Assembly (NCBI GenBank): GCA_049189775.1
Contig: JAIVVP010000001.1
Location: 1 to 31,057, forward strand
Length of the DNA stretch: 31,057 nt
DNA from: Gemmatimonadota bacterium
GTDB lineage: Bacteria; Pseudomonadota; Gammaproteobacteria; Eutrophobiales; Eutrophobiaceae
Direction: 5' to 3'
Positions 16,377-26,372 of the stretch are shown piece by piece. A program made the translations under genes and the position numbers. The notes under the pieces are model-generated. The model did no database searches. It was not told where the DNA came from and saw only the letters and a list, made by a program, of their open reading frames with translations. How positions within the stretch are numbered: the stretch's first letter is position 1; each line of letters starts with the position of its first letter.

Positions 16377-17732
16377 ATGAACGGAATTACCATTATCACA
16401 GGAATAATCGGCCTGCTTATTGGTGTGTTTGTGATGTGGTTGCTCTCCAGGCAAAAACAGCATCAACAAGAGGTCAAACTGGCGGTCGAAAAGGAGCGCT
16501 CTGGGCATAAAACAACACAAATCGATGAATTGAAGGAAAAAGTCGAGCGACAGGAGTCACTGTATCAGCAACAACAACAAAGCACGGAAACAGCCAGGGT
16601 AAAAATAGCTGAATTAAATACCCTGCTTGAAGATGAGAAGAAATCATCTCATGAAAAACTCAGCTTGCTGGAAAATGCCGAAAAAAATATGACATCGGCT
16701 TTTGAAAATTTATCCAACAGGATTATTGAAGAAAAAAGTAAAAAATTTACCGAACAAAATAAATTAAATATTAGTGAGACCCTGGGTCCTTTGCGTGAAC
16801 AGCTGGGTGACTTCAAGAAAAAAATTGAAGATGTCTATGACAAGGAAACCAGGGACAGGGTTTCTTTGTTTAATGAAATCACCAGTCTGAAATCTTTAAA
16901 TCAACAGATGAGCAAGGATGCAATAAACCTGACCAGGGCGCTCAAAGGGGAAAGCAAAACACGAGGTAACTGGGGTGAGGTGATCCTGCAAAGAGTGCTG
17001 GAGGATTCCGGCCTGAAAAACGGTCGTGAATATGACGCCCAGGAAAGTTACCGTGACGAACATGGAAAATTGTTCTACCCCGATGTGGTCGTCCATTTGC
17101 CAGATAACAAAGATGTTGTGATTGATTCCAAGGTTTCACTCAATGCGTATGAGCGATTTTATGCAGCAGAAGACGAAGAAGAACAGAAGCAGGCGTTAGC
17201 TGAACACCTTGATGCAATTCGCACACATATCTCCGATTTACAGGGCAAGAATTATGATGAACTGGTCAAAATAAATTCACTCGACATGGTATTAATGTTT
17301 GTACCTGTTGAACCTGCGTTGATGCTGGCCGTTGAGCAGGATGAAAATCTTTTCAATGATGCATTCAAGCGCGGTATATTTTTGGTCAGTCCATCGACCT
17401 TGACCATGAATTTGCAGATTATTCATAATATGTGGCGTTATGAATATCAGAATAAAAATGCAAAGGAAATTGCAAAACGAGCAGGAGATATGTATGACAA
17501 GTTTGTTGGTTTTGTGGATGCCCTGGATGACGTGGGTGACAAACTGGATAAGGCACAGTCAGCATATCAGACTGCTCATAATCGCTTGACCGATGGCAAG
17601 GGGAACCTTGTTGGAAGGGCAGAGGCAATACATAAGTTGGGACTGCAGACTAATAAGAAACTGGATAAAGAACTTGTCGATAAACAAAGTGACAATGATG
17701 AGGCACCAGTAATAACTGATGAATCAAAATAA
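16377..17732 (+). CDS. rmuC: DNA recombination protein RmuC
   Basis: N-terminal TM, coiled coil, RGNWGEVIL, PDVVVHLP-VIDSKVS nuclease-like motif. Confidence 0.95.
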   Translation: MNGITIITGIIGLLIGVFVMWLLSRQKQHQQEVKLAVEKERSGHKTTQIDELKEKVERQESLYQQQQQSTETARVKIAELNTLLEDEKKSSHEKLSLLENAEKNMTSAFENLSNRIIEEKSKKFTEQNKLNISETLGPLREQLGDFKKKIEDVYDKETRDRVSLFNEITSLKSLNQQMSKDAINLTRALKGESKTRGNWGEVILQRVLEDSGLKNGREYDAQESYRDEHGKLFYPDVVVHLPDNKDVVIDSKVSLNAYERFYAAEDEEEQKQALAEHLDAIRTHISDLQGKNYDELVKINSLDMVLMFVPVEPALMLAVEQDENLFNDAFKRGIFLVSPSTLTMNLQIIHNMWRYEYQNKNAKEIAKRAGDMYDKFVGFVDALDDVGDKLDKAQSAYQTAHNRLTDGKGNLVGRAEAIHKLGLQTNKKLDKELVDKQSDNDEAPVITDESK

Positions 17733-17772
17733 TAGTGACTACACTATCGTCTGCTTAAATATTCTCTGGCAA

Positions 17773-18459
17773 TCAACGCCTTAGAAAGGCCACCCACCTG
17801 TAGAAATTCAGAAGACTGGCAAGAGAGGCGGCCAGATAGGTGAGTGCGGCTGCGGTCAGGATCTGTTTTGCGATGGGGACTGCAGATTCAGGTATATATT
17901 CCCCGGCGATTAATACCGGGAGTGCCCGTTTGAAACTGGCATCCCATTCTACCGGCAAAGTAACCAGATTGACCAACACCGGTAGAAGCAAAATGGCCAG
18001 GCCACAGGCAAATGTAAAAACACCCACGGCAGGAAGACGTGTGAGTAATGATATAAAAGGGAAAGCAACCAGTAGCACGGCGGCCAGCTTTTCTGCATAC
18101 CATGAGAACCTGGCCAGTCGAGAGCGTAACAAGAGTGGCTGATAACCGACCTGGTGCTGGATAGCATGGCCAATTTCATGTGCAGCAACGGAAATGGCTG
18201 TCAGTGATTTGCCATTGAAATTGTCTGGAGATAATTTGACCAGCTTATTTTCCGGATCGTAATAATTTTCATTTTGCTCACCTTCTTCCACGTGAACATC
18301 AGTAAGCTCGAGACGTTTGACCAGATGTTCTGCAAGTTCACCACCGGTTCCCGGGAAAGCGTCAATCTCCACAGCATATTTTTTAAACACATACCTGGCC
18401 CATATTTGTGGCCCAAAGATGAGTGAAATCAGTAGAATTGCTGCAATAGCAAACATCAT
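17773..18459 (-). CDS. Membrane zinc metallopeptidase (YugP-like)
   Basis: VAAHEIGHAIQH (HExxH), TLPVEWDAS, AAALTY. Confidence 0.9.
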   Translation of the reverse strand: MMFAIAAILLISLIFGPQIWARYVFKKYAVEIDAFPGTGGELAEHLVKRLELTDVHVEEGEQNENYYDPENKLVKLSPDNFNGKSLTAISVAAHEIGHAIQHQVGYQPLLLRSRLARFSWYAEKLAAVLLVAFPFISLLTRLPAVGVFTFACGLAILLLPVLVNLVTLPVEWDASFKRALPVLIAGEYIPESAVPIAKQILTAAALTYLAASLASLLNFYRWVAFLRR

Positions 18460-18469
18460 AATTATGCTG

Positions 18470-18515
18470 TTCTCGTCTTGCTGGAGTCTGCATTTCCAAA
18501 TTGTTTGGGGTTATA
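18470..18515. repeat. Degenerate solo terminus of the ERIC-like element
   Basis: 18473-18509 matches the reverse complement of 4459-4495 at 31/37 positions, followed by ..TTATA. Confidence 0.75.
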
Positions 18516-18745
18516 CTTCATCGCAATGTGATGAAGGCTCATCCGTAATAAGTATTAGCATACTAATAATAACATCAGGGAACCTCTGATTAAGTCATGA
18601 ATCGACATCTTGCGATTAAAACATCCTGTTTCTGCGTTGTAAAACTTCGCAATAGCCCTGCTATTACGTGCATTTCACGCCTTGAACCAGAATATTTTAA
18701 CCAGCAATCTGTTCGACCCAGACTTAACCAGAGGTTCCCCGGTTA

Positions 18746-19846
18746 ATGATGACACCTCTGGAAAAATATCAGGCGGATTTATTGCGCGAAGAATTTTATG
18801 CGGATCAGGCGCAGGAAAATGCTGTGCGCAAGACTCAAAAACTTTTCGATGCATTATTGCTTGATGATGATACTGAAAATAATTTCTTCGAAAAGATCAG
18901 ACAAAAACTTCAGAAAGATAAATCAAATATTATCAAGGGACTGTATTTCTGGGGCGGAGTAGGGCGAGGGAAAACTTATCTCATTGACTCCTTCTATGAC
19001 AGCCTGCCTTTTAAAGAAAAACAAAGAATTCATTTTCATCGTTTTATGCAAATGGTGCATATGCAATTAAAAGGACTTAATGGCGTAACTGACCCATTGC
19101 AAGTCGTGGCGGACAGTATTGCTTCTGAAACAGAAGTTTTATGTTTTGATGAGTTTCATGTGTCCGATATTACGGATGCCATGTTGTTGGGTGGGTTGCT
19201 CAAAGGTTTATTTGAACGGGGTGTGGTTCTGGTCACCACCTCCAATGAGGCACCGGATCAGTTGTACTCGGATGGGTTACAAAGAGAACGATTCCTGCCT
19301 ACGATAGACCTGATAAAAAAATATACAGAAGTAGTGAATGTAGATTCAGGTATTGATTATCGTCTACGTTTTCTGGACAAGGCAGAGATTTATCATTCGC
19401 CACTGGATGACAAGGCTACGGAAATGCTGGGATTTAATTTTAATCACATTGCGCCGAACGAAGTCACGGAAGGATTACCGATAGAGATTCAAGGGCGAAT
19501 GATTCAAACAATATGCCATGCAGATGGTGTCGTCTGGTTTGATTTTGATGCCATTTGTGATGGGCCAAGAGGGCCTGCAGACTACATTGAGATCGCCAGA
19601 TTATTTCAAACAGTTTTGATATCAGAAATTCCTGTCATGGAAGAATTGACAAATGATAAGGCCAGGCGATTTATGACCTTGATTGATGAATTTTACGATC
19701 ATAACGTTAAACTGATTGTGACTGCAGCAGAAAAACCCTCTGAACTCTACACAGGCAAGCGCCTGGCCAAGCCATTTTTGCGAACAATTAGTCGTCTTGA
19801 AGAGATGCATACGCACGACTATCTCGCCAAACAACACATCCCATAA
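18746..19846 (+). CDS. zapE: AFG1-family ATPase ZapE
   Basis: GLYFWGGVGRGKT Walker A, RIHFHRFM, LCFDEFHV Walker B, TTSNEAPDQLY. Confidence 0.95.
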   Translation: MMTPLEKYQADLLREEFYADQAQENAVRKTQKLFDALLLDDDTENNFFEKIRQKLQKDKSNIIKGLYFWGGVGRGKTYLIDSFYDSLPFKEKQRIHFHRFMQMVHMQLKGLNGVTDPLQVVADSIASETEVLCFDEFHVSDITDAMLLGGLLKGLFERGVVLVTTSNEAPDQLYSDGLQRERFLPTIDLIKKYTEVVNVDSGIDYRLRFLDKAEIYHSPLDDKATEMLGFNFNHIAPNEVTEGLPIEIQGRMIQTICHADGVVWFDFDAICDGPRGPADYIEIARLFQTVLISEIPVMEELTNDKARRFMTLIDEFYDHNVKLIVTAAEKPSELYTGKRLAKPFLRTISRLEEMHTHDYLAKQHIP

Positions 19847-20025
19847 ATATCAATATAAATCAATAAGTTATAATAATAACTTGACTTAATTGATTAGATA
19901 ACCTATATAACTTACATAGGTTGGGTAATTTGCTGATATTTAAGGCTTAATTTGGGTCATTTTTTGAATTCTTCAGCAAAGTGTCTGCCACAAACAACAG
20001 TTAAATATTTTAAGGGGAGTTGATT

Positions 20026-20232
20026 ATGAGTGCAGTAATGTCAGCTGATGGTTTTGAATTTGAGGAGCGGCAGATAGCCGAATTACTGGAGTGTCGTTTT
20101 GGCGATGGCATGGTCTATCTGCCTAAAACAAAACCCAGGCAATTGTTATACCTGGCTGTTATTAACGGATTTATTGATACAGAAGGTTACCTGACGCGCA
20201 AGGGCCGACTCCTGCTGGCACGCTATTTCTAA
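20026..20232 (+). CDS. Small hypothetical protein (68 aa)
   Basis: SD AAGGGGAG before the ATG at 20026; possible winged-helix-like C-terminus (GFIDTEGYLTRKGR). Confidence 0.75.
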   Translation: MSAVMSADGFEFEERQIAELLECRFGDGMVYLPKTKPRQLLYLAVINGFIDTEGYLTRKGRLLLARYF

Positions 20233-20409
20233 GATTTATTTCTACTGGTTCCGCAGCGGCGAATAACAACTTATTCGTCCTAAACCTTTCATACTTGCCC
20301 TGGTTTCACTATCCTTTCCTTATTACATATTGGCCTTACTACCTATTGGTTTGTCTCGTAGCTGAAAGACAGAAACAAGAATCAATAATAATGTCCAGGG
20401 GAAATAAAG

Positions 20410-22461
20410 ATGGCGAGCTACAGTACTGAAGATATTCGGAATATTGCACTTGTAGGCCATAGCGGCTCGGGCAAGACCACATTGATTGAAACCATGTTGC
20501 ACCGATCAGGCGCAATCAGCAGTGCAGGCACAGTTGAAAAGGGCAATACGGTAAGTGATTTCGATGCCCAGGAAAAAGCCTACAAACATTCGCTGAACAG
20601 TACCATTGTCAGTATGGATTATCACGGTGGTCATATTAATTTAATTGACACACCCGGGTATCCGGATTTTATGGGTCGTGCCCTGGCGGTATTACCTGCA
20701 GTGGAGACCTGTGCTGTGGTGATAAATGCGCAAACAGGTATTGAGATGATTACCCGACGCATGATGGACATCGCAAAAGACAGGGGGCTGGATCGACTCA
20801 TTATCGTTAATAAAATAGATGCAGAGCAGGTTGATCTGGAAAATTTAATGAAACAGATTAAGGAAACATTCGGCAGTGAATGTTTGCCAATTAATCTGCC
20901 TGCGGAAAATAATCAGAAAGTTGTCGATTGTTTCTTCAGTCCATCGGGTGATGAGACAGATTTCTCTTCTGTCTCAGAAGCACACACTCAAATTGTTGAT
21001 CAAGTGGTTGAGCTTGATGAAGATCTGATGGAGATATATCTGGAGCAAGGTGAGGAAATCAGTCCTGAACAATTGCATGATCCATTTGAACAGTCACTCA
21101 GGGAAGGTCATCTGGTTCCGGTCTGTTTTGTTTCTGCCAGCACCGGTGCCGGTATAGATGAGTTACTGGAAACATTCGCCAGATTAATGCCAAATCCTAA
21201 TGAAGGAAATCCACCACAATTCCTTAAAGGTGAGGGCGATGATTCTGTACCGATTGAAGTAATACCTGATGCGAGCAGACATGCATTAGCCCATGTGTTC
21301 AAGATTAATGTCGATCCCTTTGTCGGAAAACTCTCCATTTTTCGGATTCACCAGGGGACAGTAAATAAAGACAGTCAATTATTCATTGGTGATGGACGTA
21401 AACCTTTCAAGGTAGGTCATTTGTTCAAATTACAGGGGAAAGAACATACCGAAATTGCCTCTGGTATGCCTGGTGATATATGCGCCGTAAGTAAAGTAGA
21501 CGATGTTCATTTTGATGCTGTGTTACACGATTCTCATGATGAGGATCACATCCACTTACGTTCACTGGATTTTCCTTCACCCATGTACGGTTTGGCGATA
21601 GAGGTAAAGAGTCGTGGTGATGAACAAAAGATATCTGATGCCTTGCACAAAATTATTGAAGAAGACCCCAGTTTAATTATTGAGCATCATGCGAACATGA
21701 ATGAGACAGTGATGCGAGGTATAGGGGAATTACATTTGCGTGTCATCCTCGATAAGTTAAAAGATCAACATCACATTGATGTCGAAACGCGTCCTCCGAG
21801 AATTGCTTACCGGGAAACTATCACCGGCAAGGCAGATGGTCATCATCGGCACAAAAAGCAAACAGGTGGTGCAGGACAATTTGGTGAAGTGTCACTGAAG
21901 GTGCAACCACTTCCACGCGGTGGTGGTTTTGAATTCGTCGATAAAATTGCTGGTGGTGTCATCCCCAGACAATTCATCCCTGCTGTAGAAAAAGGCATTC
22001 AACAGGTACTCGATGAAGGAGTGATTTCCGGACACCCGCTACAAGACATACGAGTGACTATTGTTGACGGTAAACACCATTCTGTGGACTCTAAAGAGGT
22101 TGCTTTTGTAGCTGCCGGGAAAAAGGCATTTATCGACGCTATTATGAAATCAACACCGGTAGTTCTGGAACCTGTCGTTAATATCACAATTACCGCACCC
22201 AGTAATGCTATGGGTGACATTACTGCTGATCTGTCGGGTAAAAGAGGGCGTATCAATCATACCGAGGCGATGGTAGGCGGATTTTCCCTGATCAGTGGCA
22301 CTGTGCCATTGAGTGAACTGGATAATTACCAGTCCAGACTAAAATCATTTACCGGAGGCACAGGCTCATTTTCAGTCGAATTTAGCCACTACCATCAGGT
22401 CCAGTCTAAAATACAGAAGGAACTGGTTGCAGCATATAAGCCGAGGCAGGAGGAGGATTAA
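20410..22461 (+). CDS. Elongation factor G paralog (EF-G2 type)
   Basis: GHSGSGKTT, DTPG, NKID and HKKQTGGAGQFG; full five-domain length; divergent switch I; not in an str operon. Confidence 0.92.
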   Translation: MASYSTEDIRNIALVGHSGSGKTTLIETMLHRSGAISSAGTVEKGNTVSDFDAQEKAYKHSLNSTIVSMDYHGGHINLIDTPGYPDFMGRALAVLPAVETCAVVINAQTGIEMITRRMMDIAKDRGLDRLIIVNKIDAEQVDLENLMKQIKETFGSECLPINLPAENNQKVVDCFFSPSGDETDFSSVSEAHTQIVDQVVELDEDLMEIYLEQGEEISPEQLHDPFEQSLREGHLVPVCFVSASTGAGIDELLETFARLMPNPNEGNPPQFLKGEGDDSVPIEVIPDASRHALAHVFKINVDPFVGKLSIFRIHQGTVNKDSQLFIGDGRKPFKVGHLFKLQGKEHTEIASGMPGDICAVSKVDDVHFDAVLHDSHDEDHIHLRSLDFPSPMYGLAIEVKSRGDEQKISDALHKIIEEDPSLIIEHHANMNETVMRGIGELHLRVILDKLKDQHHIDVETRPPRIAYRETITGKADGHHRHKKQTGGAGQFGEVSLKVQPLPRGGGFEFVDKIAGGVIPRQFIPAVEKGIQQVLDEGVISGHPLQDIRVTIVDGKHHSVDSKEVAFVAAGKKAFIDAIMKSTPVVLEPVVNITITAPSNAMGDITADLSGKRGRINHTEAMVGGFSLISGTVPLSELDNYQSRLKSFTGGTGSFSVEFSHYHQVQSKIQKELVAAYKPRQEED

Positions 22462-22589
22462 AAATTAATAACCAAACAGTATAACTTTAGTTAAATTAAT
22501 TACTTTTAAGTATAAGAAGTTGTTGCTATCTTCCCCTCCGCTGGCGCAGAATCCCTTAATCTAATCAGTTACTTATATGGCAGGAAAAG

Positions 22590-24281
22590 ATGTATCAGTA
22601 CGATAACTACGATCAGAAAATAGTAGACGATCGCGTAGAACAATATCGAGATCAGACTCGACGTTATCTGGCTGGAGAATTGTCGGAGGACGAATTCAGG
22701 CCATTGCGATTAATGAATGGTTTATATATCCAGACACATGCACCTATGCTACGTGTGGATATTCCTTATGGATTATTATCTTCCAGACAATTGCGTATGC
22801 TTGCCCATATCTCTCGTAAGTACGACAAGAATTATGCCCATATCAGTACACGCCAGAACATACAATATAACTGGCCGAAGCTAGAGACGGTTCCTGATAT
22901 TCTGGCTGATCTGGCCAGTGTACAAATGCATGCCATTCAATCCAGTGGTAACTGTATTCGTAATATTACTTCCGATCAGTTTGCCGGGGTTGCCGAAGAC
23001 GAAATAGAAGACCCCAGGCCTTATTGTGAAATATTACGTCAGTGGTCAACCTTCCATCCTGAGTTTGCCTATCTACCGCGTAAGTTCAAGTTTGCTGTTT
23101 CAGGTGCGACACATGATCGAGCCGCAGTACAGGTGCATGACATTGGTTTGTACCTGGTGCGCAATGATGCCGGTGAAGTTGGTTTCAAGGTACTGGTCGG
23201 TGGTGGTCTTGGTCGTACACCAGTCATCGGAAAAGTTATTCGCGAATTCCTTGAAAAGAAACACATGCTTTCTTACATGGAAGCCATTCTCCGTGTCTAC
23301 AATCAATTCGGCAGGAGAGACAATAAATACAAGGCTAGAATCAAGATCCTGGTGAATGCTACGGGAATAGAAAAATTTACCGAAATGGTAGAAGAAGAAT
23401 GGTCGTATATTAAAGATTCTGTATTGCTACTGGATCAGAAAGAAATCGATCGTGTTTGTGCACAATTTGCAGCACCGGAATATGAAGAAAATGCAGGTGC
23501 TGATACCAGCTTTAGTGAACATCAGGCCAGCAACCCGGCCTTCGCTGCATGGGTCGGTCGAAATGTTGTGTCACATAAAGTGGATGGTTATCGCGCGGTT
23601 GTCGTGTCACTGAAGGCGCCGACCATTGCCCCTGGAGATGTTACCGATGTGCAAATGGATCATCTTGCCGACTTGATCGATAAATATAGCTTCGGTGAAA
23701 TAACCACCACCCATGACCAGAATTTTATTATGCCTCACGTAAAACAGGCCGATTTGTTTTCTTTATGGGAAGGCCTGGTCGCACAGGGTCTGGCAACACC
23801 CAATATTGGATTGTTGACCGATATGATTTGTTGTCCAGGTCTGGATTTTTGTTCATTAGCGAATGCCAGCTCCATTCCGATTGCGAAGCAGATCAACGAA
23901 AAATTTAATGACATGGATTACCTGCATGACATCGGTGATATCAAGATCAAAATGTCAGGTTGTATGAATGCCTGTGGTCACCATCATGTTGGTCATATTG
24001 GCATACTTGGTGTAGATAAAAAAGGCGTTGAATTTTATCAATTAACGCTTGGCGGTTCGGCAGAGAATGATGCGGTGCTGGGTGATCGCCTGGGTCCCGC
24101 GATTGAAAAAGAGAAGGTTGCTGACACTATCGGTCAAATCCTTGATGTCTATGTTGAACATCGTCAGGAAGGAGAATCTTTTCTTCAGACTTATCGTCGG
24201 CTTGGGATTGATCCATACAAGCAAAAAGTTTATCCAAAGAAATATTCGGAAAAGAAGGTGGTCGCCAGTGCAGCTTATTAA
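22590..24281 (+). CDS. Siroheme/[4Fe-4S] sulfite (or nitrite) reductase hemoprotein, CysI-like
   Basis: STRQNIQ, CCPGLDFC and SGCMNACG cofactor ligands. Confidence 0.93.
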   Translation: MYQYDNYDQKIVDDRVEQYRDQTRRYLAGELSEDEFRPLRLMNGLYIQTHAPMLRVDIPYGLLSSRQLRMLAHISRKYDKNYAHISTRQNIQYNWPKLETVPDILADLASVQMHAIQSSGNCIRNITSDQFAGVAEDEIEDPRPYCEILRQWSTFHPEFAYLPRKFKFAVSGATHDRAAVQVHDIGLYLVRNDAGEVGFKVLVGGGLGRTPVIGKVIREFLEKKHMLSYMEAILRVYNQFGRRDNKYKARIKILVNATGIEKFTEMVEEEWSYIKDSVLLLDQKEIDRVCAQFAAPEYEENAGADTSFSEHQASNPAFAAWVGRNVVSHKVDGYRAVVVSLKAPTIAPGDVTDVQMDHLADLIDKYSFGEITTTHDQNFIMPHVKQADLFSLWEGLVAQGLATPNIGLLTDMICCPGLDFCSLANASSIPIAKQINEKFNDMDYLHDIGDIKIKMSGCMNACGHHHVGHIGILGVDKKGVEFYQLTLGGSAENDAVLGDRLGPAIEKEKVADTIGQILDVYVEHRQEGESFLQTYRRLGIDPYKQKVYPKKYSEKKVVASAAY

Positions 24282-24786
24282 GGATCAAAAAATAGTTGAG
24301 GATACCTGGCAACGAATTACAGAGATTACAGCAGATACGGATTTATCCACGGTTGATGTACTTGGGGGTGATGTCCCTGTGGGTAATATCATTGTTCCTT
24401 TCGCTTATTGGCTGGAGAATAAGGAATCACTATTAAATAGAGATGGAATGTTAGGTGTATGTATCGACGGTGATGTTGATATTCAGGAAGTGGTAAAGGA
24501 CATTGAGCATTTTGATTTGATTGCACTGGATTTTCCTGCCTTTGCAGATGGACGTTGTTACTCACATGCTCGTCTGTTGCGTGACAGGTATAACTTTGAG
24601 GGAGAATTACGTGCGGTCGGTGATATTTTGCGTGATCAGCTTTTCTATATGCAGCGCTGTGGAATCAATTCATTTCAGTTAAGAGAAGATAAAGATATAC
24701 AAGATGCATTGAATGCATTTACCGAGCTTTCAGTAAAATATCAGACGGCTGCGGATGGGGCTGAGCCCGTCTACAAATACCGATAA
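24268..24786 (+). CDS. DUF934 protein, partner of CysI-like reductases
   Basis: Likely GTG start (QLIKDQKIV) overlapping the reductase stop; IALDFPAFADGRCYS, ELRAVGDILRDQL. Confidence 0.88.
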   Translation: MQLIKDQKIVEDTWQRITEITADTDLSTVDVLGGDVPVGNIIVPFAYWLENKESLLNRDGMLGVCIDGDVDIQEVVKDIEHFDLIALDFPAFADGRCYSHARLLRDRYNFEGELRAVGDILRDQLFYMQRCGINSFQLREDKDIQDALNAFTELSVKYQTAADGAEPVYKYR

Positions 24787-24817
24787 TAAATACGCTCAGG
24801 AAATTCTCAGGAACAGG

Positions 24818-26269
24818 CTAAACAGTGACGACCGTCACTGAAGGGCAATTCAATTCTGGATCCTTGTGGAAGCCCTTGACCAGCAAGACAGTATCTCCGG
24901 GTTTTGCCAAACCCAGTTCTTTAGCAATTCGCTTTGTCAGGTCTTTATGGTTTCCCATATCATCATCTTCCACCAGTACAGGAATAATGCTCCACATCAT
25001 TGCCATTTTTCTGCAGGTGCTGACCTGATTTGTTATTGCAACCACAGGTGCTGCCGGTCTTGCGGAACTCATGGTTGCCGCTGACATCCCCCCCTGTGAA
25101 ATAACAATAAGAGCACGTGCCATCAAATCCCGGGCCAGGCCGTTGCTTGCATTTGCCATGGCTTCCCATATAGGGACAGGGATCATGTTCGAGGTATTCA
25201 GGCCAGAATCATACTCACCATTTTGCCAGAGATAGGCTTCAGTCTGACGCAGGATACGATCCATCATTTCTACAGATTCGACAGGAAAACTCCCGGCAGC
25301 AGATTCGGCAGATAACATAACGGCATCAGCACCCAGTGTCACGGCATAAGCTATGTCTGTTACCTCGGCACGCGTCGGCCTGGCATTTTCAATCATGGAT
25401 TCCAGCATCTGGGTTGCGACAATGACGGGTTTGAATTTATGTCGGGCACGGTCTATCAACTGACTTTGGGCAACGGGAACCTGTTCAGGTTTGAGTTCAA
25501 CCCCCAGATCGCCACGCGCCACCATGATGCCGTCAGCAGCATCAAGAATGCCATTGACATCATCCAGTGCTTCAGGCTTTTCAATCTTGGCAATGATGTT
25601 TACGTTGGCACCTGCCTCGCTGACTATCAATTTCAAATCGTTAATATCAGCTGCACAGCGGACAAAGGACAATGCCAGAAAATCTACCCCGAGACCGAGG
25701 GCAAATTGTGCATCATCACGATCTTTTTCTGTAAGAGAGGGTGCAGAGACATTAACACCCGGCAGGTTAATCCCCTTGTTGTTCTTGAGTATGCCTCCAT
25801 AGACAACTGTACAGGTGATTTCAGTGCCATCAATGGCTTCAACTTTAAGTTCAAGATTACCATCGTTGAGTAATATGCGGTTTCCCGGTTTAACATCGTT
25901 CGCCATGGCTTCGTATTGAGAAGGGATCAGACCAGGCTCTCCTTCTACATCGCGGGTGGTGACGGTGACCGATTCACCATTGGTCAATGTAATCTGGCCA
26001 TCCTTGAATCTTCCTGTGCGGATCTTGGGCCCACATAGATCAGCCAGGATAGCGATTGGTTTACCCAGCTCATCGGCAATGTCACGTACGAGTTTATAAG
26101 TGTTCGCATGGGCAGCATGATCACCATGGGACATGTTCAGGCGAAAGACATTGGCACCGGCTTCGATTAATTGCTTGATGACATCTGCTGAATCAGAGGA
26201 GGGTCCCAGTGTTGCGAGGATTTTTGTACGTCTGTTTTTTAACAACTTGATATCTGTAACAATACCCAT
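24818..26269 (-). CDS. pyk: Pyruvate kinase
   Basis: RRTKILATLGP, IAKIE, MVARGDLG, ATQMLESM, DAVMLS. Confidence 0.98.
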   Translation of the reverse strand: MGIVTDIKLLKNRRTKILATLGPSSDSADVIKQLIEAGANVFRLNMSHGDHAAHANTYKLVRDIADELGKPIAILADLCGPKIRTGRFKDGQITLTNGESVTVTTRDVEGEPGLIPSQYEAMANDVKPGNRILLNDGNLELKVEAIDGTEITCTVVYGGILKNNKGINLPGVNVSAPSLTEKDRDDAQFALGLGVDFLALSFVRCAADINDLKLIVSEAGANVNIIAKIEKPEALDDVNGILDAADGIMVARGDLGVELKPEQVPVAQSQLIDRARHKFKPVIVATQMLESMIENARPTRAEVTDIAYAVTLGADAVMLSAESAAGSFPVESVEMMDRILRQTEAYLWQNGEYDSGLNTSNMIPVPIWEAMANASNGLARDLMARALIVISQGGMSAATMSSARPAAPVVAITNQVSTCRKMAMMWSIIPVLVEDDDMGNHKDLTKRIAKELGLAKPGDTVLLVKGFHKDPELNCPSVTVVTV

Positions 26270-26372
26270 GCCTAGCTCCGTTTCCTTCTATCGAGTTTTT
26301 ATGTCAGTATGATTTCCAATTCGGCAGCCATTCCTGCAGAAAGGGATTTTTTAATATCTTAACACACTGATT

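Noticed and set aside
19975-19990. sigma54-like TGGCAGACACTTTGCT on the minus strand
   Set aside because: Good match, but it points at the 3' end of zapE with no ORF longer than 6 codons downstream; cannot be supported without transcript data.
24049-24267. N-terminal extension of DUF934 overlapping the reductase
   Set aside because: Family-like sequence begins at GTG 24268; the extension is an off-frame read of the reductase gene.
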